The notes under the pieces: generated by a model
What the model saw: only the letters and a program-made list of their open reading frames with translations
Told to the model about the DNA's origin: nothing
Database searches by the model: none
Shown: positions 29,013 through 39,470 of the stretch, one piece after another
How the letters are laid out: the number at the start of each line of letters is the position of its first letter
How positions within the stretch are numbered: position 1 is the first letter of the stretch
Translations under genes and position numbers: made by a program
Assembly: GCA_035292445.1 (NCBI GenBank)
Contig: DATDQB010000008.1
Coordinates: 40,033 to 104,032, forward strand
Length of the DNA: 64,000 nt
Direction: 5' to 3'
Source of the DNA: Candidatus Omnitrophota bacterium
GTDB lineage: Bacteria > Omnitrophota > Gorgyraeia > Zapsychrales > Zapsychraceae

Positions 29013-29765
29013 ATGAAAATACTGCTGACAAACGATGACGGTATTTACGCGGATGGCCTCAGCGTTTTATACCGCGAACTCTCCAAATTTGCCGACTGCT
29101 TGGTGGTGGCCCCGGACACGCAAAAAAGTTCGGTCGGCCACGGGATCACGCTAAGTTACCCGGTTTGGGCCAAAAAAATTCATCGCGACGGTAAATTGTT
29201 CGGTTATGCCATTAGCGGAACGCCCGCTGACTGCGTTAAATTCGCCGTGAGCGTTTTGTTAAAGCAAAAACCGGATATCGTTGTTTCCGGGATCAATTTA
29301 GGCGATAATGACGGTTGCAGTGTGTTTTATTCCGGGACGGTCGCTGGTGCCAGGGAAGGGGCGCTTCTGGGTATTCCTTCCATGGCCGTGTCTTTAGCCG
29401 CCTTCGTTGATCCTAACTACACTTTTGCCGCCAAATGTGCCGCCAAAATAGCCCGCCAAATGAAAAAAAATAAGATCCCCAAGGGTACGTTTTTGAACGT
29501 CAATGTTCCTAACAAACCCTCCCGCACCATTAAAGGCGTTAAAATGACCAAGCAAGGGCTTGAGCCCATCCATGCCCGATTTCATAAAAGGAACGATCCT
29601 CAGGAGAATGTTTATTATTGGCTTAGTGGCAAGCCGGCCTTTGGCAGAAATTATGATGGCAGCGACACGATCGCCTTAAGGCACAATTATGTCACGGTGA
29701 CACCTATACACGTGGATTCAACCGATTATGTATTTTTGAACGAATTGAAAAAGTGGAAGCTTTAG
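29013..29765 (+). CDS. surE: 5'/3'-nucleotidase SurE
   Basis: MKILLTNDDGIYADGL is the SurE N-terminal DD motif. Confidence 0.85.
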   Translation: MKILLTNDDGIYADGLSVLYRELSKFADCLVVAPDTQKSSVGHGITLSYPVWAKKIHRDGKLFGYAISGTPADCVKFAVSVLLKQKPDIVVSGINLGDNDGCSVFYSGTVAGAREGALLGIPSMAVSLAAFVDPNYTFAAKCAAKIARQMKKNKIPKGTFLNVNVPNKPSRTIKGVKMTKQGLEPIHARFHKRNDPQENVYYWLSGKPAFGRNYDGSDTIALRHNYVTVTPIHVDSTDYVFLNELKKWKL

Positions 29766-29768
29766 GAT

Positions 29769-30860
29769 ATGGTGACCGAAGAACAGATCCTTAATGCCAA
29801 AATACTCATTATCGATGAAAAACAAGGGGCTGTCAGCCTGCTGATGGAGATCCTTCAGCGGGCCGGGTATCGTAACATCACCTTTACGCATAACCCCGTA
29901 CGGGCCATTGACCTTTACAGCCAGATCAAGCCGGATTTGGTTTTTCTCGACATTGATATGCCGCATTTGAACGGATTCGAGATCATGGGCCAGCTTAAAG
30001 CCATTGAAGGGAGCAGTTATTTGCCCGTGGCTATTATTTCGGACACCCCTGATCAGGCCATTCGTCATAAAGCGCTGGAATCCGGGGCCAAGGATTTTTT
30101 AAATAAACCGTATAACCGTGTTGAGGTATTGGTGCGGATTCATAATCTCATTGAGGTGCGCATGCTCCATACCGAAGTGCGCCACCAAAACAAAATATTG
30201 GAAGACAAGGTCAAGGTACGCACCCAGGAGCTGTATGAAACGCAGTTGGATGTTATTCAACGCCTCGCCCGCGCGGTGGAATACCGCGATTCCGAAACAG
30301 GGTTGCACGTCATCCGCATGAGCAATTACGCGGCTTGTTTGTCAGCGGAATACGGACTGAACATGGAACAGTGCGAGCTTATTTTAACGGCGGCGCCTCT
30401 TCACGATATCGGAAAGATAGGCATTCCCGATGCGATTCTACGCAAACCGGGAAAGTTAACACCGCAAGAATGGGAGATCATGAAAACGCATACGACTATT
30501 GGTGCGGAGCTTTTGTCCGGAAGCAATTCGAGGTTCCTTATCATGGCCAAAACGATCGCCCTGACGCACCATGAACGCTGGGACGGCAGCGGTTATCCTT
30601 ACGGGCTCAAGGGCGATGAGATCCCCATCGTTGGCCAGATCTGCGGGTTAAGCGATGTCTTTGATGCGCTCACGACAAAGAGGCCGTATAAAGAGGCCTG
30701 GACTATGGATGAAACGCTCAAGGCGATACAAAAGTTTAGCGACATACAGTTCAATCCAAAATTGGTCGAGTGTTTCTTCAGAGTCCTTCCCAAAATCAAG
30801 CACATCAATCAAAAATATATTGATCCGGTTGAAGCACGGGATGAAGGGTTTGAAAGATGA
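29769..30860 (+). CDS. response regulator with an HD-GYP c-di-GMP phosphodiesterase output domain
   Basis: The REC domain reads KILIIDEKQG…FLDIDMPHLNGFEIM. The output domain has the HD motif LHDIGKIGIP and the GYP motif HHERWDGSGYPYGLKG. Confidence 0.8.
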   Translation: MVTEEQILNAKILIIDEKQGAVSLLMEILQRAGYRNITFTHNPVRAIDLYSQIKPDLVFLDIDMPHLNGFEIMGQLKAIEGSSYLPVAIISDTPDQAIRHKALESGAKDFLNKPYNRVEVLVRIHNLIEVRMLHTEVRHQNKILEDKVKVRTQELYETQLDVIQRLARAVEYRDSETGLHVIRMSNYAACLSAEYGLNMEQCELILTAAPLHDIGKIGIPDAILRKPGKLTPQEWEIMKTHTTIGAELLSGSNSRFLIMAKTIALTHHERWDGSGYPYGLKGDEIPIVGQICGLSDVFDALTTKRPYKEAWTMDETLKAIQKFSDIQFNPKLVECFFRVLPKIKHINQKYIDPVEARDEGFER

Positions 30861-32008
30861 CATCGGGAGCCGTCAAAAAGTTTTATTTTTTTATTCTCAT
30901 GGTATCTGTTTTTGCCGATCCATCGCCGTGCTTGGCCGCTAAGCCGCCAAAGACGACCGAGTATCAGGTAAAAATTGACCTTTTGGAAAAGCTTGTCAAA
31001 GAATTGCAACATAATTTGGAAATGAAAAGCTCGATCCTCGAGACTTTAAAGGAAGAAAAATACCGGCTGACCGAACAGCTGGGCATACTAAATACATCCA
31101 ATGACGAGTTGACCAGGAACATCATTCGCTTAACCAGCACCATTCAAGATTTGCAGAAACAAATGATGCAAAATGTTTCTGAGACCGGTTCAAACGAAGC
31201 GGTCGAACTTAAAGGACAGCTACGGGAAATTAAAAAAGCCTTGAAAGAAAAAGAGCATGAAATTCAGGAAGTTAATACCAAGCGTGCGGGCCTAAGCCAG
31301 GAATTTTTGCGAATCAAGAAAGAGCTGGCCGGGTTGCAGGAGAAAAAGGCGCAAACAGCAATTTCCGCAGAGCCGATACAGCCCAAGGCGCAAAAAGAAA
31401 TACCGTTGAAAGATAACCGCCTGATCAAATTGGAAGAGGAAAACATTTTTCTCAACAAACGCATCCGTCAACTGGCGGATAAAAATAAAGAAATTCAGGA
31501 TGAGCTTATCTTCGTCAAGAACGCCTATCTTGAGCGCGAAGGGGCTATCCCGCAACAGATAGCCGCTTTAAGCAGGGAATATAAAGATAACATCGAAAAA
31601 CTTTCGCAAGCGCTCAAAAAGAGTGAAGCGGATATCACAAAGATTTTGCCGGAACAAAAAAAGCTGCAGGAAGACAATGAGCAACTGGCAGCTGCTAATA
31701 AGGAGTTGCGTAACCAAGTTGACGAATTTCGTCAAAAGGCCGATGCAAGCCTCCGGCAACGGACGGATCTGCAGGAACAGGTACAAGCGCTGCAAACGCA
31801 AAGGGATGATTTGGAAAATCAACTTAGCCAAATAAAAGTAAAATATGAGGAAGAAATCGCCGCCTTTAGCGCACAAATCGACCAGGTCACAAAAAAGGAA
31901 CAAGACGACGCGGCTGGCTTGAAAGCGATGGAAGGTGTTCTGGGTATTGAACTTAATAAACTGGAACAATCGGTCGCTGATCAGGTCAAGCGGGAGAACA
32001 GCAGATGA
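30857..32008 (+). CDS. secreted long coiled-coil protein
   Basis: The signal peptide is FYFFILMVSVFADPSPCLAA. About 330 aa of E/K/Q/L-rich heptads follow. Confidence 0.4.
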   Translation: MTSGAVKKFYFFILMVSVFADPSPCLAAKPPKTTEYQVKIDLLEKLVKELQHNLEMKSSILETLKEEKYRLTEQLGILNTSNDELTRNIIRLTSTIQDLQKQMMQNVSETGSNEAVELKGQLREIKKALKEKEHEIQEVNTKRAGLSQEFLRIKKELAGLQEKKAQTAISAEPIQPKAQKEIPLKDNRLIKLEEENIFLNKRIRQLADKNKEIQDELIFVKNAYLEREGAIPQQIAALSREYKDNIEKLSQALKKSEADITKILPEQKKLQEDNEQLAAANKELRNQVDEFRQKADASLRQRTDLQEQVQALQTQRDDLENQLSQIKVKYEEEIAAFSAQIDQVTKKEQDDAAGLKAMEGVLGIELNKLEQSVADQVKRENSR

Positions 32009-32880
32009 AAATGAATCATCCCGTTGCGCAAATCGTGGTAAGGTGCCTGTGTCTGACAGCTTTCATATCTTCAGTATCTCTTCTGACAACCCATATTATC
32101 CTCAAAAGAAATATCGACAAGAAAATACAGGAGCTGGACCGCACGGCACGGTTGGTTGCCAACCAGATCAAAACCGCCAATATAAATTCAATTTTGGCTT
32201 TTACAGGAGAGCACTTCATATTTATTGTTCATCAGCGCGATGGGCGGCTGCTGTTCGAAAGCGCCCAGCGGCCCGAAGGAGAAAAAGCTGTTTGGGAACA
32301 GTTGAAGATCCCTTTGATCAGCGAAATGATTCAAAACAAAGAAGGCTGGCTTTATTTTCCGAATAAAAGGGTCTGGCAGTTTTTATCTCTTCAGAAGGCG
32401 ATCCGTTATGTCTATTTGACTGATTTGAACTGGATCGTGGCGGTTGAAGTTCCCGCCAGCGTTTCATGGCATAGGTTAGCGTCCATTTATTCACCCGTTG
32501 TCTGGGGCGCACTCATTTCATTTTGCTTCATAGTTACGGTTTTATTGTTTCCATTAAAGAAAGAAAGGCCGGTTATTGCTCCAAAGCAAGAAATTAAGTC
32601 CTTTCAAGCAACGGGAACGGAAAATAAATTGACGGTAAGGCTGGTGGAAGAGGCCAAGAAAATGCTGGAAGAAAATAAAATGCCGACAGCGCAGCAGGAA
32701 GCCCAGCCCGCCATAGAACACGCCAATGAAGAGGAGAAGCCGCAAATAAAGGAGGTAAAAAAGCCAGCCGTTGTTTATTTTGAAAAAATAATGGAAAAAA
32801 AATCTAAGAAACTGCAGCCGGATACGATTATCGGCAGGGCACTTTCCAAAAAGTCCAACCGGGAGAAAATGGGTTCCTAG
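32005..32880 (+). CDS. membrane protein with a TM–periplasmic domain–TM sensor-like topology and a charged C-terminal tail, with no output domain
   Basis: TM1 is VVRCLCLTAFISSVSLLTTHIIL. A ~140-aa extracytoplasmic segment follows. TM2 is VVWGALISFCFIVTVLLF. The C-terminus is a K/E-rich tail. Confidence 0.35.
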   Translation: MKMNHPVAQIVVRCLCLTAFISSVSLLTTHIILKRNIDKKIQELDRTARLVANQIKTANINSILAFTGEHFIFIVHQRDGRLLFESAQRPEGEKAVWEQLKIPLISEMIQNKEGWLYFPNKRVWQFLSLQKAIRYVYLTDLNWIVAVEVPASVSWHRLASIYSPVVWGALISFCFIVTVLLFPLKKERPVIAPKQEIKSFQATGTENKLTVRLVEEAKKMLEENKMPTAQQEAQPAIEHANEEEKPQIKEVKKPAVVYFEKIMEKKSKKLQPDTIIGRALSKKSNREKMGS

Positions 32881-32926
32881 TTGGTATAACCTATTGAAAT
32901 TGAATAAGATTTGTGATTTATGAACC

Positions 32927-32955
32927 TTGAATTATCATTTTTTTCTGTATATAAT
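32927..32955 (+). promoter_or_regulatory. strong sigma70-like promoter TTGAAT-N17-TATAAT for citrate synthase
   Basis: ttgaat lies at 32927-32932 and tataat at 32950-32955, with tgta upstream. This implies the CDS starts at ATG 33000, which has a GGGAG RBS. Confidence 0.5.
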
Positions 32956-32999
32956 ACAAACGTTTTTAAATGCCAATCTTTAATAAGGGAGAAAGTTTA

Positions 33000-34295
33000 A
33001 TGGAAGAAAAAGTCAAGATCACAATCGAGGGGAAAACGTATGAGTTCCCTGTCATTACGGGAACGGAAAATGAGAAGGCTTTTGACATATCGGCACTGCG
33101 TTCGCAGACCGGGTACATAACTCTTGATAACGGTTATGGCAATACCGGTTCATGCACCAGCGCCATCACTTATCTTGACGGGGAAAAGGGTATTTTACGT
33201 TACCGGGGCATTCCTATCGAAGAACTGGCCGAGAAATCAACCTTCGTTCAAACGTCCTATCTGTTGATTTACGGCGAGCTGCCCAACGAGAAGCAATTGG
33301 AAGATTTTGTCGCGGCTTTTACGCAACAAGCCTCGCTTCATCCCGACATGTTAAGGTTCTTTGCCGGTTATCCCAAGCGGGGGCACCCGATGGGCCTTCT
33401 TTCGGCCATGGTCTGTTCGTTGTCAGGCTATTACCCCGAGCTTTTAAAGTCGGAATTAAATGAAGAGGACATGAAGGATACGGCAGCGCAATTGTTATCA
33501 AAGGTCAGGACGATCGCCGCCTATACGTATAAAAATTTGACCGGTGAAGAGTTCGTTGAGCCAAGGGAAGACTTAAGGTATGTCCACAACTTTCTGCACA
33601 TGATGTTCTCCACCCGCAAAAAAGAATATAAGATCGAAAAAGAGGCTGTCGAGGCGCTGCAGACGCTTTTGATCCTTCACGCCGACCATGAACAGAACTG
33701 CAGCACCTCAACGGTGCGCATGATCGGAAGCTCATGGGCCAACTTGTTCGCTTCCGTTTCCGGCGGCATTTGCGCGCTGTGGGGGCCTTTGCACGGCGGG
33801 GCGAACCAGGAAGTCGTTGAGATGCTGGAGGAGATCCAAAAAGCCGGGGGCAATGTCAAAAAATTCGTCGAGCGGGCCAAAGACCCGAAAGAAAGTTTCC
33901 GTTTGATGGGCTTCGGCCACCGCGTTTATAAAAATTACGACCCGCGCGCCAAGATCATCAAAAAACGCTGCGATGATCTGTTCAAAAAAATGGGGATTCA
34001 CGATCCTTTGCTGGACATCGCCTTAAAATTGGAAGAGGTCGCGCTTAAAGACGAATATTTCATCCAGCGCAAATTATACCCGAACGTGGATTTTTACAGC
34101 GGCTTGATTTACAAGGCCATCGGCATCCCGACCGTCATGTTTCCTGTCATGTTCGCTATCGGGCGCATGCCGGGATGGATCGCCCACTGGAAAGAAATGC
34201 GGGAGAACGAAAAAACGAAGATTGGCCGCCCCCGGCAAATTTACACAGGGGCCAGAGAACGAAGTTATATCCCTGTGAGCCAACGTCAAACTTAA
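33000..34295 (+). CDS. gltA: citrate synthase
   Basis: GFGHRVYKNYDPRA carries the catalytic His. LHADHEQNCSTSTVRMIGSS and the rest of the protein are colinear with type II citrate synthases. Confidence 0.9.
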   Translation: MEEKVKITIEGKTYEFPVITGTENEKAFDISALRSQTGYITLDNGYGNTGSCTSAITYLDGEKGILRYRGIPIEELAEKSTFVQTSYLLIYGELPNEKQLEDFVAAFTQQASLHPDMLRFFAGYPKRGHPMGLLSAMVCSLSGYYPELLKSELNEEDMKDTAAQLLSKVRTIAAYTYKNLTGEEFVEPREDLRYVHNFLHMMFSTRKKEYKIEKEAVEALQTLLILHADHEQNCSTSTVRMIGSSWANLFASVSGGICALWGPLHGGANQEVVEMLEEIQKAGGNVKKFVERAKDPKESFRLMGFGHRVYKNYDPRAKIIKKRCDDLFKKMGIHDPLLDIALKLEEVALKDEYFIQRKLYPNVDFYSGLIYKAIGIPTVMFPVMFAIGRMPGWIAHWKEMRENEKTKIGRPRQIYTGARERSYIPVSQRQT

Positions 34296-34319
34296 AATTT
34301 CCATCGAAAGGGGTTTAAG

Positions 34320-35741
34320 GTGATCAGTTACCGTGCCAAAGCGCAATTCGACCAACCAGCCACTATATTGCTGGCGACCGAGGAGCAGATTAAGGGGAAG
34401 GGGCTATTGCTTAAGCAAGAGTTGGCGCCTTTGATTCAATCCAAGCAATTTTCAGCCGAGTTCGAGCAGCTGTTTCCCCTTTTTATCAAAAAGAAGTTGA
34501 TATTGCTTGTCGGTATCGGGAAAAAAAACCAAACACTGACCAACGTCCGCATCGCCGTCAAAAACGCCCTCGGGTCTTCCTATCTTAAAAAGATCGACGC
34601 TTGCGAGCTTATTGCGTATAACCAGGATGAAGCGACATTAAGGGCGGTCGTGGAAGGGGTGCTGTTGGGCGGTTATGTCTGGAACAAATATAAATCGGAG
34701 GCAAAAGCGAATAAAAAGAAGGTCATTCTTGTTACCGATCAGAAAAAGATCTGCGATGAAACAGCGGTCATTTGTGAAGCCACCAATTTTGCCAGGAATC
34801 TGATCAATGAAAACGCCGGCATTGCTAATTCCGCCTTTTTAGAAGCTACCATCAAAGGCCTTGTCAGGGGCAAGAAAAATATCTCCCTTGAAATTTTAAA
34901 AGAGAAGGAAATGAAGGCCAAAGGGCTTGGGCTTCATCTGGCTGTCAATCGGGGCAGCGAAAACGAACCGCGGCTGGTGATTGTCAAATATGCCGGTGCG
35001 GGGACAAAGGCCCCTTATACGGCGTTGATCGGCAAGGGAATGACGTATGATACCGGAGGGCTTAATTTAAAGCCAACGGGTAGCATCGAAACAATGAGGA
35101 TCGATATGAGCGGCACCGCCGCCGTCATCGGCACGCTCAAAGCTGCGCTTGATCTGAAGATAAAAAAGAATATTCTTTTCGTTTGCGCCATCGCGGAAAA
35201 CGCCATTGATGCCAAATCTTACCGGCCAGGCGATGTTTTTAAGGGGTATTCCGGCAAAACCGTTGAAATCGGGAATACCGACGCTGAAGGCCGGTTGGTG
35301 CTGGCTGATGCGATTTCCTATACCGCGCGAAATTATAAACCAAAACGTTTGATCGATATCGCCACGTTAACTGGCGCCTGCGTTGTTGCCTTGGGCCACG
35401 AATATACGGGGTTATGCACGAACGACGATTCGTTTTCGAGAGACATTGTCCATTCATCCAACGCAACGGATGACCGCGTGTGGAGGCTGCCGATCTTTCC
35501 GGAGCTCAAAGACCACGTCAAATCCAAAATCGCCGACATCCGCAATATCGGTTTGAAAGGCGCGGCCGGAACGATTTCCGCCGCGGAGTTCTTGCGTCAA
35601 TTCACCGAAAACACGCCTTGGGTCCATTTGGACATCGCCGGGACAGCGTTTGTCGATGGCGACAACCGTTGGTATTTTAACCACGGGGGCACCGGGGCAG
35701 GGGTACGGCTTTTAACCCATTATCTTCAAAACTACGCGTAA
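34320..35741 (+). CDS. pepA: leucyl aminopeptidase (M17)
   Basis: NTDAEGRLVLADA is the M17 signature. KGMTYDTGGLNLKP is also present. Confidence 0.85.
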   Translation: MISYRAKAQFDQPATILLATEEQIKGKGLLLKQELAPLIQSKQFSAEFEQLFPLFIKKKLILLVGIGKKNQTLTNVRIAVKNALGSSYLKKIDACELIAYNQDEATLRAVVEGVLLGGYVWNKYKSEAKANKKKVILVTDQKKICDETAVICEATNFARNLINENAGIANSAFLEATIKGLVRGKKNISLEILKEKEMKAKGLGLHLAVNRGSENEPRLVIVKYAGAGTKAPYTALIGKGMTYDTGGLNLKPTGSIETMRIDMSGTAAVIGTLKAALDLKIKKNILFVCAIAENAIDAKSYRPGDVFKGYSGKTVEIGNTDAEGRLVLADAISYTARNYKPKRLIDIATLTGACVVALGHEYTGLCTNDDSFSRDIVHSSNATDDRVWRLPIFPELKDHVKSKIADIRNIGLKGAAGTISAAEFLRQFTENTPWVHLDIAGTAFVDGDNRWYFNHGGTGAGVRLLTHYLQNYA

Positions 35742-35746
35742 GGCTT

Positions 35747-37189
35747 ATGTGCAAAAGACTTCTTAAATTTTTTATTATTGGCAGTGTTTTCTTATGTGGC
35801 TTCGGTCCGATTATTCCGGGCTTTGCCGATAGCGCCAACAAAGTTTTATTTATTCAACTTGAAGAAGACACGATTAACCCTGTCACAGCGGAATATATTT
35901 CCCAAGCCATTGAAAAAGCCATTCAAGACAAAGCGCAGTGCCTTGTCATCAAACTAGACACGCCCGGCGGTTTGTTAACATCGACAAGGCTCATTGTTAA
36001 AAAGATGCTAACTGCTAAAGTCCCGATTGTTGTTTACGTTGCCCCCAGCGGCGCTCACGCCGGGTCCGCGGGCGTTTTCATTACCTACGCAAGTCACATC
36101 GCCGCCATGGCGCCATCGACTAATATTGGCGCGGCGCATCCGGTTCAGCTGGATCAAGAGAAGCCTTCGCGTTCAAGCGAGTGGGAAGACCTAAGAAAAC
36201 TGATCGAGGAATTGAAGGAAGACAAGGGTGTCAAAAGAGAAAGCAAAAAAAATTCTGAAAGCGAAGAACCTCTTGTTGCGGATGAAAACCCCATGGAAAG
36301 CAAAATTCTTCAAGATACGGTTGCCTTTATCCGGGGGATTGCCGAGATGCGCGGGCGCAACGAGGAATGGGCCATTGAAAGCGTAACGAAAAGTTTATCC
36401 ATTACGGGCCAGGAAGCACTGGAAAAAGGCGTTATCGAGATCATCGCCCAGGATGACAAGGATTTATTAGAGCAATTGGATGGGAGGATCGTCAAGATTG
36501 AGGGGCAAGAGGTGACACTGCAAACAAAAGAGGCGAACAGCGAATACCTTAAAATGGATGCCCGTCAGATTTTTTTTAACATTTTAGCCAACCCGAACAT
36601 CGCGTATTTTCTGATGATCCTCGGATTTTACGGCCTTTTATACGAAATGACTCACCCGGGCTTTGGCCTACCGGGTGTTTTGGGAGCCATTTTTCTCATT
36701 TTGGCCTTTTACAGCATGCAAACCTTGCCGACCAATTACGCCGGCTTGGCTTTGATGGGCTTGGGGATCATTTTGCTGGTTGCCGAAGCCTACACGCCAA
36801 CTTTTGGTTTGTTGGTATTCGGAGGACTGGTCTGTCTTATTTTAGGTTCGTTGCTTCTGTTTGAATCGGTCGACCCTATTATGCGCGTTTCTATCTCGGC
36901 GATTCTAACATTTTCAGCCTCAACGGCTGTTATTACACTTTTTCTGGTGCGCGCCGTTTTAAGATCACAGCGCTCCAAAGTCAAAAGCGGCCAGGAAGGA
37001 TTGATCGGCGAAATCGGCGTGACTAAAACCGATATTGAGAAATCGCATCCCGGCAAAATTTTTGTTCATGGGGAAATATGGAATGCCACATCCGATGCCC
37101 CTATTAAAAAAGGTAAACCTGTTGAAGTATTAGAAGTCAAAGGCCTGACGCTTAAAGTCGGCCTTTTGGTAAAGGCCGACCCGCCGTAG
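35747..37189 (+). CDS. NfeD-family membrane-bound ClpP-class serine protease (stomatin-operon partner) with a C-terminal OB-fold
   Basis: VIKLDTPGGLLTSTRLIVKKMLTAKVPIVVYVAPSGAHAGSAG matches the NfeD/1510-N-type protease domain. TM helices follow, then a C-terminal β-domain. Confidence 0.75.
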   Translation: MCKRLLKFFIIGSVFLCGFGPIIPGFADSANKVLFIQLEEDTINPVTAEYISQAIEKAIQDKAQCLVIKLDTPGGLLTSTRLIVKKMLTAKVPIVVYVAPSGAHAGSAGVFITYASHIAAMAPSTNIGAAHPVQLDQEKPSRSSEWEDLRKLIEELKEDKGVKRESKKNSESEEPLVADENPMESKILQDTVAFIRGIAEMRGRNEEWAIESVTKSLSITGQEALEKGVIEIIAQDDKDLLEQLDGRIVKIEGQEVTLQTKEANSEYLKMDARQIFFNILANPNIAYFLMILGFYGLLYEMTHPGFGLPGVLGAIFLILAFYSMQTLPTNYAGLALMGLGIILLVAEAYTPTFGLLVFGGLVCLILGSLLLFESVDPIMRVSISAILTFSASTAVITLFLVRAVLRSQRSKVKSGQEGLIGEIGVTKTDIEKSHPGKIFVHGEIWNATSDAPIKKGKPVEVLEVKGLTLKVGLLVKADPP

Positions 37190-37235
37190 GCGGGCGAGCC
37201 TCGTTCATTTCCTTTTTAAAAGGAAATGAGGAAAA

Positions 37236-38003
37236 ATGAACGGGAGGAATAACATGTCGAGTTTATTTTTCTTGGTGGCCATAGCTGTTATGCTGGCTTA
37301 CAACTGGCTTAAATTTCCCAGGGAATATGAGCGGTTGGTTGTTTTTCGTTTAGGCCGAGTGATCGATAAGCCACGTGGACCTGGATTTACGTTTGTTTTA
37401 TGGCCTATCGAACAGGCGGTGATGGTTAGTTTACGTCTTGTCACGTTGGACGTTCCGCCGCAGGACGTCATTACCAAAGATAACGTCTCAGCCAAGGTCA
37501 ACGCCGTGGCGTATTTTAGGGTGCTCGATCCGATCAAAGCCATTATTGAAGTCCAGAATTTTGAATATGCCACCTCCCAAATGGCCCAAACAACATTAAG
37601 AAGGGTGTTGGGGGAAGTCGAGCTGGACGAACTGCTGGCCCAACGGGAACAGATCAATGAGAAACTTCAAACGATTCTTGACGCCCAAACAGACCCCTGG
37701 GGCATTAAAGTCACCAACGTCGAATTAAAACACGTGGATATCAGCGAAGATCTCCGCCGGGCCATGGCCAGGCAGGCCGAGGCTGAAAGGGAACGGCGCG
37801 CCAAGGTCATCGCGGCAGAAGGTGAGTTCCAGGCCGCTGAAAAGATCTGTGCCGCGGCAGAGATGATGCAACGTTTTCCCATGTCGCTTCAATTAAGGTA
37901 CTTACAGACCCTTGTTGAGATCGGTGGAGACAACAACACGACAACAATATTTCCTATTCCGATGGACATCCTTGAAGTTTTTAAAGGCTATAAGAAAAGT
38001 TGA
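37236..38003 (+). CDS. SPFH/band-7 (stomatin-like) protein
   Basis: An N-terminal TM is followed by an SPFH domain ([26 protein letters not shown]…) and a coiled coil with [16 protein letters not shown]. Confidence 0.8.
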   Translation: MNGRNNMSSLFFLVAIAVMLAYNWLKFPREYERLVVFRLGRVIDKPRGPGFTFVLWPIEQAVMVSLRLVTLDVPPQDVITKDNVSAKVNAVAYFRVLDPIKAIIEVQNFEYATSQMAQTTLRRVLGEVELDELLAQREQINEKLQTILDAQTDPWGIKVTNVELKHVDISEDLRRAMARQAEAERERRAKVIAAEGEFQAAEKICAAAEMMQRFPMSLQLRYLQTLVEIGGDNNTTTIFPIPMDILEVFKGYKKS

Positions 38004-38022
38004 AAAATAGAAGGAGATTTCT

Positions 38023-39417
38023 ATGAAATTCAGAATCGAATCGGACAGTATGGGGCCTGTCAAAGTCCCGGCCGATAAATATTACGGCGCCCAAACAGAA
38101 CGGTCCCGGCATAATTTTAAGATAGGCGGCGAGACATTCCAGCCGGAGCTGATCCGCGCGATCGCCATCGTCAAAAAAGCAGCGGCCCAAACGAATGCGA
38201 GTTTAGGCGTGCTCCCTTCCAAGAAAGTTAAGCTGATCGTCCGGGCTGCCGATGAAGTTATCCGCGGCAAGTTCGAAGGCCATTTCCCGCTGGTTGTTTG
38301 GCAGACGGGAAGCGGTACTCAAACCAATATGAACGTGAACGAAGTCATTGCCAACCGCGCCAACCAATTGGCCGGGGGGAAACTGGGCAGTAAAAGTCCG
38401 GTGCACCCTAATGACGATGTCAATAAGGGCCAATCGACCAATGATGTTTTTCCGACGGCCATGCATATCGCAACTGTTGAACAGATCCACGAGCGGCTTA
38501 TTCCTGCGCTTGTCAAACTCAACAGGGCCATTGATAAAAAAGTGAGGGAATTCCGGCCCATTATCAAGATCGGCCGGACGCATTTGATGGACGCAACACC
38601 TTTAACGTTGGGGGATGAGTTCTCCGGTTACAGCCAACAGCTTGCAAACGCCGTTGATCGCGTTAAGGCGGCGTTGCCGCGGCTTTATCAATTGGCATTA
38701 GGCGGGACCGCCGTGGGGACCGGGCTTAATGCCCATCCACGGTTCTCAAAAAAAGCTGTCACAAGGATCGCCCGGTTAACGGGATATCCATTCGTTAATG
38801 CGAAAAATAAATTTGAGGCGTTAGCCACGAATGACGCCATTGTGGAGGCCAGCGGCGCTTTAAAAACAGTTGCGGCGTCTTTAATGAAGATCGCCAACGA
38901 CATCCGCTGGTTAGGCTCGGGGCCGCGCAGCGGTATCGGGGAAATTATTCTACCGGCCAATGAGCCGGGCAGCTCGATCATGCCAGGCAAGGTCAATCCC
39001 ACTCAATGCGAGGCCATGACCATGGTCTGTATCCAGATCGTTGGCAACGATGCCACGGTCACATTTGCCGGCGCCAGCGGAAATTTTGAATTGAACGTTT
39101 TTAAGCCTCTTATGATCTATAACCTGCTTCAGTCGATCCGTCTTTTGTCTGACGCCTGCGACAGTTTTTGCGATAAATGCGTTGTCGGTATCAAAGCTAA
39201 CAAAGCGACCATTGAGAGAAATTTAAAGAATTCGCTGATGCTCGTTACGGCGTTAAGCCCATATATCGGTTACGACAAAGCGGCCAAAGTTGCCAAGAAA
39301 GCCTACGCGGAAGGCATTGGCCTTAAAGAGGCCGCCGTCGCTTTAGGCTACGTTACGGAGGGCGAATTCGACCGCATCGTCGTACCCAAGAAAATGATCC
39401 GGCCGCATAAAAATTAA
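38023..39417 (+). CDS. fumC: fumarate hydratase, class II
   Basis: [20 protein letters not shown] is the fumarase/aspartase signature, and the CEA context favours FumC. The N-terminus reads [21 protein letters not shown]. Confidence 0.85.
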   Translation: MKFRIESDSMGPVKVPADKYYGAQTERSRHNFKIGGETFQPELIRAIAIVKKAAAQTNASLGVLPSKKVKLIVRAADEVIRGKFEGHFPLVVWQTGSGTQTNMNVNEVIANRANQLAGGKLGSKSPVHPNDDVNKGQSTNDVFPTAMHIATVEQIHERLIPALVKLNRAIDKKVREFRPIIKIGRTHLMDATPLTLGDEFSGYSQQLANAVDRVKAALPRLYQLALGGTAVGTGLNAHPRFSKKAVTRIARLTGYPFVNAKNKFEALATNDAIVEASGALKTVAASLMKIANDIRWLGSGPRSGIGEIILPANEPGSSIMPGKVNPTQCEAMTMVCIQIVGNDATVTFAGASGNFELNVFKPLMIYNLLQSIRLLSDACDSFCDKCVVGIKANKATIERNLKNSLMLVTALSPYIGYDKAAKVAKKAYAEGIGLKEAAVALGYVTEGEFDRIVVPKKMIRPHKN

Positions 39418-39470
39418 GACTTGAGACTTGACGAAAAAATATCAACGGGTTATTCTATAGGTAGTTAAAA

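Noticed and set aside
34257-34862. Translating the printed bases around 34257-34262 and 34856-34862 gives a one-base register difference relative to the ORF-track proteins for citrate synthase C-terminus and pepA (an extra c near 34260, a missing c near 34860)
   Set aside because: This is most likely my own hand-indexing or reading error at line boundaries. The ORF-track translations are biologically sensible for gltA and pepA, so I kept the ORF-track coordinates. If it is real, it would mean a compensated frameshift pair inside pepA, which is worth a glance at the read level.
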